Shown here: one piece after another, positions 19,679 to 26,694 of the stretch
Position numbering within the stretch: the first letter of the stretch is position 1
How the letters are laid out: the number at the start of each line of letters is the position of its first letter
Source of the DNA: a bacterium
Lineage (GTDB): Bacteria; Armatimonadota; Chthonomonadetes; Chthonomonadales; JAMCWF01
Assembly (NCBI GenBank): GCA_021842405.1
Contig: JAKBZR010000005.1
Location: 2,354-66,353 of the forward strand
Reading direction: 5' to 3'
DNA: 64,000 bases
The notes under the pieces: model-generated
Databases searched by the model: none
What the model was told of the DNA's origin: nothing
The model's input: only the letters and a program-made list of their open reading frames with translations
Made by a program: the position numbers and the translations under genes

Positions 19679-20029
19679 CTATTTCCGGGACAAGTTTATA
19701 TGAAATTCTCTAACGTAATATAAATATAAGAGAATTTCGTATAGAATAACAAACCATTTAATAAAATGGTCACTAGAATTTAAACTCAATATCAAGCTCT
19801 GTAGTATTGCAAGTATTACTATGACATGACCTTTTGGATGATTATGAGACGCCAAAGGCAAAATTGCTGATAAGAATAAAATGCAAACTGAAGCAGTGAT
19901 CAGGTACCAATAATCTCTATTAAGCCAATATTCCGATACGAAATATATAGAAGTAACGAATCCAGCTAAAATTATTAAATAAATCTCAGCTAATGGATAA
20001 GATTTAATTATACGACAAATTGGATTCAT
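19679..20029 (-). CDS. Small polytopic membrane protein, candidate immunity protein for the orphan Rhs toxin tip
   Basis: 116 aa, mostly hydrophobic helices, in very AT-rich DNA (~27% GC in one spot count). It lies immediately downstream of the toxin-tip ORF. Confidence 0.5.
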   Translation of the reverse strand: MNPICRIIKSYPLAEIYLIILAGFVTSIYFVSEYWLNRDYWYLITASVCILFLSAILPLASHNHPKGHVIVILAILQSLILSLNSSDHFIKWFVILYEILLYLYYVREFHINLSRK

Positions 20030-20109
20030 ATATTTAGGCGAAATTCTTCTTGAAGATGAAGGGGATAATGAAGATGCTCGTTATCCCCTTCATAGATTGT
20101 ATTAGTTAA

Positions 20110-20598
20110 TTACAACCAACCAATCCCACGCCCAATTGAAACTGCAACTTCTCCGATTCCATAGGCGGCAGCCACGATACCAATGCCGATTAAAATTGGA
20201 GCACCAATTACTGCAGCACCTCCTGCGCCAATCAATCCAATTCCAACATCTATCACGCCGACACTTCCTCTGGTTCCGAGCGCTCCTCCTAAACCATTGC
20301 CGATATCATCTCCAATTCCTGGGTCGGGACCATAAAGCCCTGATCCAAAAGCTCCATTCCAGATTGTTCCTACCGAGCCTGCAACTCCAATTGACATCAT
20401 AACTGGATTTGCAGAATCAAGCTGTATTGCCTCTTTAAATTGGTTCCCCAATTCACTCCAACTAAAGTGCCCACTCGGATCAACCGCGTTGATTGGATCG
20501 TCGTTGCAGTACTGATAGGGCGGCTGGCTGAGCAGGGTGTCCCGCGTGATGAATAACCCCACCGCCGGATCGTAGTACCTTGCCCCGGCCAGCATCAA
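20110..20598 (-). CDS. Orphan Rhs C-terminal module: core-domain end plus glycine-zipper-like toxin tip
   Basis: ARYYDPAVGLFITRDTLLSQPPYQYCNDDPINAVDPSGH is followed by a Gly-rich hydrophobic ~115-aa tail. DNA homology to the upstream rhs continues to ~20652, past the annotated ATG, and there is no full N-terminus. Confidence 0.65.
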   Translation of the reverse strand: MMLAGARYYDPAVGLFITRDTLLSQPPYQYCNDDPINAVDPSGHFSWSELGNQFKEAIQLDSANPVMMSIGVAGSVGTIWNGAFGSGLYGPDPGIGDDIGNGLGGALGTRGSVGVIDVGIGLIGAGGAAVIGAPILIGIGIVAAAYGIGEVAVSIGRGIGWL

Positions 20599-20664
20599 CC
20601 CATCATCGTTATCGTTCCGGTAACCAGAGGTTGCGGCAAACAGGTAGGGCGAGAAGAATTGATT

Positions 20665-21210
20665 TTACTGCAAATACCAGCACCGCTCTCGAAGCATCTT
20701 TTCAATTGTTTCGATCTTTTCAACAGAATCTTTAAATGAGCCCCTCGGAAATAGAAACCAGCTTGTTTTTCCTCGAAGAAAGTAGAAATCGGTCCCTTTC
20801 GTGGTCTCAATAACTAAGAACGGAAACGGCCTACCCTTATAAGTTCTCCAACCTTTAATGTCACGCCAGGCTGTAATCGTTATCCGATCTGATGCCTCTT
20901 TAGCGATTAATTTTCGAAATCTATTATTAAGAATCCCGTGGAACTCTAAATCAATCCCCTCATCATCAAGAATAAAACGTTCTCTTACATAAGGCAAATA
21001 CTCCCAAAACAGAATTATTATTGTGGGTATTGTCGCATCCATAAAGTGAGGGGATAAAATGATTGATAAAATCGCAAAAATAAAATAACATATCCCAATA
21101 TACCATAAATTTTCAACTATATCTTTAATACCTGCCACGTCTCGCCAATACCAGATCAACTTTTTCCATTGGGCATGTTCGATAACTAGATGCGAACTTA
21201 CTCTATCCAT
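20665..21210 (-). CDS. Membrane protein with C-terminal PH-like (bPH/YdbT-like) region, candidate immunity protein
   Basis: 181 aa with two central TM helices, in low-GC DNA directly downstream of the rhs toxin tip. The domain call comes from sequence feel only. Confidence 0.45.
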   Translation of the reverse strand: MDRVSSHLVIEHAQWKKLIWYWRDVAGIKDIVENLWYIGICYFIFAILSIILSPHFMDATIPTIIILFWEYLPYVRERFILDDEGIDLEFHGILNNRFRKLIAKEASDRITITAWRDIKGWRTYKGRPFPFLVIETTKGTDFYFLRGKTSWFLFPRGSFKDSVEKIETIEKMLRERCWYLQ

Positions 21211-21241
21211 ATTTGGGCAATCTCCCTATTGCTTCAGTTAT

Positions 21242-21280
21242 CAACCTGGTGGGGGAAAGACATCCCACCAGGTTGTTTTT
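21242..21280 (+). terminator. 12-bp GC-rich stem-loop followed by T5 (canonical intrinsic terminator shape on the + strand)
   Basis: caacctggtggg / cccaccaggttg arms with a 10-nt loop, then ttttt. It lies between the rhs stop (21296) and the immunity start (21210), both of which are minus-strand genes. Confidence 0.45.
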
Positions 21281-21295
21281 CAGCAAATGCATTAA

Positions 21296-22357
21296 CTAAT
21301 GTAGGCCGAATGGAGGACGTGAGTTAAACATTCTGGTCAAAAAAGCCGCGAGCGCTTCCAACTCTTCCGCGCTGACCCCTGATCTTAAGAATGTCCCTAA
21401 GGCCGGAATTGCAGGGTAGGTTATGAAGGTACCACCACCGACAACTACTCCCTCACCTATAGAAGACCCCACAGAACCACCATCACCATAGTAGGTACCT
21501 AGGCCCGCCCCCAAGCCTGCACCAATTGAACTACCGTACCATGCTCCTGGCGGACCTGCTATTACATAACCAATTGCACCTCCTACTATACCACCAACTA
21601 TTCCTCCTACGTCTGACCAACTTACCTGCCCACTCGGATCTACCTTGTTGACTGGGTCGTCGTTGCAGTACTGGTAGGGCGGCTGGCTGAGCAGGGTGTC
21701 TCGCGTGATGAACTCTCCCACCGCCGGGTCGTAATACCGCGCGCCGACCAGCATCAGCCCGTCATCGTTGTCGTTCCTATACCCCGATGTGGCCGCAAAC
21801 AGATAGGGCGAGCTGGTTGAGCCGCTGGTCGCAACCGTGTTGCCGTAACCGTCATAGATGGCGCTGGCGGTTTGTGATCCGCTGCTGTTGGTGATTGTCC
21901 GGGTTGAGCCTAAGCCGTCGTACTGGAAGTACTCGCCGTTCCTGCGAATGAGCGACGCCCCATAGGTGTAGGTTCCGGTAAATGTCCCTCCTTGCGACTC
22001 AAGAATGACGTTGCCACCATCATACCAGAAATCGGTGGTGGTATTTCCACTGGCGCGGGCAACCCTTCTCCCAATTGCATCGTAGGCGAAGCTGGTGGTG
22101 TTGCTCCCAGTGGCGATGGAGACCAATTGATCGGCATCGTTGTAACTCAGGTTGCTGGTTACGCCGCCGATGGTTCGCGTGATCTGATCGCCGTCGGCGT
22201 TGTAGGTGTAGCTGTTAGTGCCGGCTGACTGAAGCTCATCGTCGCTGTCGTAGCTGTAGCTGATCGGGTTGCCGTTCAGCGTCAGTTGGGTTCGGTTGCC
22301 GGTCGGGTCGTAGGTGAAGCTCTCGGTGTTTAACAAAACACATTGCCCACGGCGCAT
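21296..22357 (-). CDS. 5'-truncated Rhs/YD-repeat protein with core domain and glycine-zipper-like C-terminal toxin tip
   Basis: YD repeats (YDPTGNRT, YSYDSDDEL, YTYNADGDQ, FAYDAIGRR), then ARYYDPAVGEFITRD...NDDPVNKVDPSGQ, then a Gly-rich tail. An in-frame stop lies 6 codons upstream of the ATG, so the large N-terminal shell part is missing. Confidence 0.8.
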   Translation of the reverse strand: MRRGQCVLLNTESFTYDPTGNRTQLTLNGNPISYSYDSDDELQSAGTNSYTYNADGDQITRTIGGVTSNLSYNDADQLVSIATGSNTTSFAYDAIGRRVARASGNTTTDFWYDGGNVILESQGGTFTGTYTYGASLIRRNGEYFQYDGLGSTRTITNSSGSQTASAIYDGYGNTVATSGSTSSPYLFAATSGYRNDNDDGLMLVGARYYDPAVGEFITRDTLLSQPPYQYCNDDPVNKVDPSGQVSWSDVGGIVGGIVGGAIGYVIAGPPGAWYGSSIGAGLGAGLGTYYGDGGSVGSSIGEGVVVGGGTFITYPAIPALGTFLRSGVSAEELEALAAFLTRMFNSRPPFGLH

Positions 22358-22386
22358 GGCCAGTTCGTTTGTATGTTATGAACCTC

Positions 22387-22434
22387 ATATAGTAGAGGAG
22401 TGGCTCGTTTCAGCCTCCACCTCCTCTACTATAT
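22387..22434. terminator. Long near-perfect stem-loop downstream of the 615-aa gene
   Basis: atatagtagaggagtgg ... ccacctcctctactatat (17-bp arms, one bulge). There is no clear U-run on the minus strand, so its terminator function is uncertain. Confidence 0.4.
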
Positions 22435-22466
22435 GAATAACTTCTTATGGCCGGTCGGCAGGCCTT

Positions 22467-24314
22467 TTACTGTCCAGGCGGCGGGGGCGGTTGAAACGCC
22501 CCTAGCGTCACCGTCGTTGTTTGTGATATGCCTACCTGCACATTGACGCTCGCTTCACCCGGCGAGCGATAGGGGGCGGTGGCCTTTACCGTATAAGTTC
22601 CTGGTGGAACGGTGATAAAGGTGGCAACGTCATTCCCTTTGCCGTCGGAGGCGCTGGTCGCCTGGCCGAACACCTGTCCGCTGCTGTTGATCAACTGCAC
22701 CTGCGCGCTGACCGGCTCGCTCGGATCCGAAGTGTAAACCTGCAACTGCAAAAGCACCGTTAGCTTTACCGGGATCGTCACGGTTCCACTGGACGGAGAG
22801 GTAAACTCCTTAAAGCCACCTTGATAACCCATCGGAGCAGTGATATTGCCACTTGCCTTCCATTTCCATCCTTTAGCAATAGTTAAATTGGTGCTCCAAT
22901 TAGGAGGATTGAATGAAAGAGTGGTGCCGCCGGTAGGGTAGGGTGGTGGAGATGGAGTGGTAGAGGCTCCTTCCAAGTCTAACTGACCCATTCCCATTCC
23001 ACCCATACTGCTGGGCGGTGGAATATCCGGCTTCAACTGGAAGGTGACATTTTGTAGAATCGGCATAAGGTTACGTGGTTCCGCAGCTCCTTGTGAAGCG
23101 GTGAGCACGTAGATATCCCCTAAGGAGAAAACATCACCCGGCCTTAAACCCGAAGCCTGCTGGTTGGCCTGGTTGGCAAGCCAGTCAGTGGCGGCGGCGA
23201 TGACGAGATGCGATAAAAAGTCGGCCTTCGGTTGGAGAATGGGAACAATTGCATTGAGCACGATGCTCCAGTTGCCCCCTTTTCTTTCCCGCTCAAATGG
23301 GATCGCCAGTATCGCGGTCGCCTGACCCTGAAAGTCAATTCTCCAGTAGGCGTAACCTTTTGAGTAAGGTGGAAATGTCACGCCTGAGAGCGCCGGCGTT
23401 GGGTCGGTTTGGGTGAGCGATGCGATAAGGTTCTGCAATTGGGTATAGGAGGCTGGATCCTTAATTTTGATACCTGCTAAAGATACCGTATCACAATCCA
23501 GACCCTTCTTAACGAACGAATAGGCACTCGGCGGACCGATAGAGATAGTGTTTCCCTGGTCATTGGTGACATCTTGGGTCGCGCAGCCGCGACTCCTTCC
23601 CATATAGCTGATGCCGGTCAACACACCGGGAGCCTTGGTGGGATCACCGATCACTCCAAAGTAATCGCTGCCGTTTGGGGGACCGGCCGGCGTATATTGG
23701 GAACAGGCGATCGGTGCAGGACAAAACGGCTCAAACCCACCGCCTTGGCTGTACCATGCAATGGTATCCCACTTTCCTAAATCCACCGCCAGAGTAGACA
23801 GGGTCGTGCCGCTGGTACTGAACACGGTCGCCACATAATCGCGCACACTCGAATCGTTCTGGAATGAACCCTGGATTTCGCTGTGGGCGGCATTCGCCTG
23901 AAGGTCGGCCACCAGTTTACCCGTATCGTTTTCCTTAACCACAATGTGGCCCAGCCGATTCTTTGCGTCGGTGATGTGGACGGTGGTGGTGAGTGTTGCA
24001 TCAATTGAGTTGAAGTAGCCCCAACCTCCCTCATCCGGTAGGCCGAGCGTCAGGAAGGCTTTATCGGTTATGCTGGAGAAATCAATCTGTTCGCCCGGGG
24101 TGTAGGCGGCCACCCAGCAGCTCATGGTCAATTGGCGCTGCTGCCCGCTGAGGTTTCTAAAATTGCCGCTGACCGAGATGTAGGCGGCCAAGTTGGTGTC
24201 GGTGGGCAAGGGGAATGGAGCTTGAGCGAGGGCCGGTTCATTCCCGATAAGGCTGCCGGCAGCAAAGAGAAGCGCCAGCCGATAAATGAACATGCATCTT
24301 TTTGTGACTGACAT
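22467..24314 (-). CDS. Secreted protein of unknown function with Pro-rich linker and C-terminal CarboxypepD_reg-like beta-sandwich
   Basis: Signal peptide (LALLFAAGSLIGNEPALAQA). No family is recognised in the first ~430 aa. The tail VPPGTYTVKATAPYRSPGEASVNVQV resembles carboxypeptidase-regulatory-like folds. Confidence 0.55.
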   Translation of the reverse strand: MSVTKRCMFIYRLALLFAAGSLIGNEPALAQAPFPLPTDTNLAAYISVSGNFRNLSGQQRQLTMSCWVAAYTPGEQIDFSSITDKAFLTLGLPDEGGWGYFNSIDATLTTTVHITDAKNRLGHIVVKENDTGKLVADLQANAAHSEIQGSFQNDSSVRDYVATVFSTSGTTLSTLAVDLGKWDTIAWYSQGGGFEPFCPAPIACSQYTPAGPPNGSDYFGVIGDPTKAPGVLTGISYMGRSRGCATQDVTNDQGNTISIGPPSAYSFVKKGLDCDTVSLAGIKIKDPASYTQLQNLIASLTQTDPTPALSGVTFPPYSKGYAYWRIDFQGQATAILAIPFERERKGGNWSIVLNAIVPILQPKADFLSHLVIAAATDWLANQANQQASGLRPGDVFSLGDIYVLTASQGAAEPRNLMPILQNVTFQLKPDIPPPSSMGGMGMGQLDLEGASTTPSPPPYPTGGTTLSFNPPNWSTNLTIAKGWKWKASGNITAPMGYQGGFKEFTSPSSGTVTIPVKLTVLLQLQVYTSDPSEPVSAQVQLINSSGQVFGQATSASDGKGNDVATFITVPPGTYTVKATAPYRSPGEASVNVQVGISQTTTVTLGAFQPPPPPGQ

Positions 24315-24816
24315 TTGAATAACCTCTGCTTGAATTTACTCAACTTGTTGTGCAGAAGCAAACGTGGAGATCAGCCTAATCCTGGCCTCGCATAGGCGGG
24401 GCGAGAGGCGGCTTGCAACTAAAACAGCGGGTACAGTCGCCTGCCTACCAGTCCGGTAGGTTCGGCGCGACTTTCAGGTGGAGATCGGGAAGCTAGGGAT
24501 AGAGGCGAGTAATATCGCCCCCCCGTTGAAGCATGTCCCCAACTCGATTGGGAATATGGGAAGGTCGGATATTTAGAGGTGTACAGTTGGTTTACAGTAC
24601 TCATCGTCTACTCGTACCGAGTAAGGAAAACCGTGAATAGCTTAATACTATCAGGATAGTAAATCAGCTTTACCCGGATGTAAATAGACCAATTAGTACT
24701 ACCAAAATAGTACTTTTGGTTCATTTATTATTTATCATCCGTAAATATTATCTTTTAATTCTCCCTTCACCCGCTCCTCGCTTACCGCCAACCCCGCCAC
24801 CGTTTTGGCCAATTGC

Positions 24817-24936
24817 GGGTGCAAGCGGCTCCATCAGGTCATAGACCAAGGCGGAGCGACCGGGGCGGCAGGCGTGCAGGTAACCGATGGTGGGATCAAG
24901 TCCGGCTGCCACCGTTGGGATCCGAACCTGGCTCAT
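24817..24936 (-). pseudogene. cas1: Possible cas1 relic (about 35 codons)
   Basis: The reverse translation [29 protein letters not shown] resembles the conserved Cas1 block (GLDP.iGFLH..rpGR.SLalDLMEeFRP). A stop lies immediately upstream and the sequence diverges downstream. There is no array and there are no other cas genes. Confidence 0.4.
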
Positions 24937-25083
24937 CTATCCCATTAACTCCATTCGTCTTATTTCCGATGACCTGCCGGCTACGACGCAGTCGGTTATT
25001 GACTGGTTCATTCCATTAGGGGGCGATTAAAAGCATTATCGGATAAAATGGGGGCAAGTTGGAAATGGAGGGGGAGATTTGCC

Positions 25084-26694
25084 ATGCCTTGTGATAAGGA
25101 ATTTGAACAATTTTTACAACATCATCTGGAGATCATCGAGCCGCTCAATCGGGAAGCCGCCTTGGCTTGGTGGGATGCCGCATTGACTGGCGCCGAAGAG
25201 CATCTCAACCGGAGCGCCGAGCTTTCGGCCCGACTCTGGAAAATCTACTCCGAACCGAAGGATTACCAGAGGATATTGCGGATGAGCGATGACCCGCCCT
25301 CCGATCCGCTATTGGCCCGTCAGCTCAAGCTGCTGTTGAACGCCTATCAAGGCGGCCAGTTTCCGCCCGACGTGATTGATCGGATCGTGAACATTGAAAA
25401 GGAGATCGAGGCTGAGTACGATAACTTCCGGGCGCCGTTGCGGGGCAAGCCGGTCACCGATAATCACATTGCCGATATTTTGCGCAGCTCCAACGATGTG
25501 GCGCTGAGAAAAGATGCTTGGGAGGCGAGCAAGCTCATCGCGCCCAGAGTGGTAGATCGAATCCAGGAGCTGATTCGACTGCGGAATCGTGAAGCGCAGC
25601 GACTCGGCTATGCCGATTTTTATTCGATGTCGCTCCACCTTTCGGAGCTGGATGAAGAGGGCCTGTTTGCGATTTTGGAGGATCTCCACCGGCAGACGGA
25701 ACCGCTTTGGAGGCGTTATAAGTCGGATCTGGATGATCAGCTCGCCGCTCGCTTTGGAACAACCAGCGATCATATCTATCCCTGGCACTATAGCGACCCC
25801 TTTTTCCAGGAAGCGCCGCCGGACGACTTGGCCCTGTATCAGCTTTTCTCCTCCGCGAATCTGGTTGAGCTGGCCAGCCAATTTTACACCGAAATCGGGC
25901 TTCCGGTGGATGACATTCTGGCGCGCAGCGATCTCTATGAAAAGTCCGGTAAGTCTCAGCATGCCTTTTGCACCGATATTGACCGAAATGGTGATGTCCG
26001 CATCCTCTGCAATTTGAGACCCGATGCGCGATGGATGACCACCATCCTGCACGAGCTGGGCCATGCGGTTTACGATAAATACAACGATCCACAGTTGCCT
26101 TACCTGCTGCGTGAACCAGCCCATACACTGTTTACCGAAGCGATCGCGGAGCTGATGGGGCGGTTGAGCATGAATCGGGATTGGCTGGAGCGGTATCTCG
26201 GCTTGGATGAGCAGCAGGCCATCTCAATCGGCCGCACTACGGATCGGGCGCTGGGGTCTCATCTGCTTGTTTTCACCCGCTGGTGTTTGGTGATGATTCA
26301 CTTTGAGCGCGAGATGTATCGCCAGCCGGACCAAGACTTAAACCGACTCTGGTGGGATCTAGTGGAGAAATACCAGGATATCCGTAAGCCGGAAGGCCGC
26401 AGTGAGCCTGATTGGGCGGCAAAAATTCATCTGGCTCAGGTTCCGGTCTACTATCAAAATTATCTGCTGGGCGAGATGGTAGCCTCACAGCTCCATCATT
26501 ATATCGTGTCTCAAGTCATCGCCGATGAGGGAGAAAAAGCCTTGGTGAACAGCCCGAAAGTCGGTCGCACTCTGCAGGAGCGGGTTTTCAAATTGGGCGC
26601 TACCCACCCTTGGGATGAGACGCTGAAGCTGGCAACCGGCGAACCCTTGAAGGCCGAATATTTCGTTACTCAGATGGGTGTGGAGGTGGGTTAA
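25084..26694 (+). CDS. Clan MA zinc metallopeptidase (M2/M3/M32-like gluzincin)
   Basis: HELGH zinc motif with a downstream FTEAIAELMG glutamate motif. The start was moved to ATG 25084, which is preceded by ggaggggga. Confidence 0.7.
   Translation: MPCDKEFEQFLQHHLEIIEPLNREAALAWWDAALTGAEEHLNRSAELSARLWKIYSEPKDYQRILRMSDDPPSDPLLARQLKLLLNAYQGGQFPPDVIDRIVNIEKEIEAEYDNFRAPLRGKPVTDNHIADILRSSNDVALRKDAWEASKLIAPRVVDRIQELIRLRNREAQRLGYADFYSMSLHLSELDEEGLFAILEDLHRQTEPLWRRYKSDLDDQLAARFGTTSDHIYPWHYSDPFFQEAPPDDLALYQLFSSANLVELASQFYTEIGLPVDDILARSDLYEKSGKSQHAFCTDIDRNGDVRILCNLRPDARWMTTILHELGHAVYDKYNDPQLPYLLREPAHTLFTEAIAELMGRLSMNRDWLERYLGLDEQQAISIGRTTDRALGSHLLVFTRWCLVMIHFEREMYRQPDQDLNRLWWDLVEKYQDIRKPEGRSEPDWAAKIHLAQVPVYYQNYLLGEMVASQLHHYIVSQVIADEGEKALVNSPKVGRTLQERVFKLGATHPWDETLKLATGEPLKAEYFVTQMGVEVG

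Noticed and set aside
24315-24604. Structured-looking leader or ncRNA upstream of the 615-aa gene, considered as a riboswitch, tmRNA or other RNA gene.
   Set aside because: I found no B12 box, c-di-GMP or other riboswitch core, and no tRNA-like end. It is kept only as a note in the finding on that gene.
24600-25050. CRISPR array next to the cas1-like relic.
   Set aside because: There are no direct repeats with regular 60-75 bp periodicity here or anywhere else in the window. The only local symmetry is a short hairpin (ccaaaa tagtac ttttgg, about 24701-24718).
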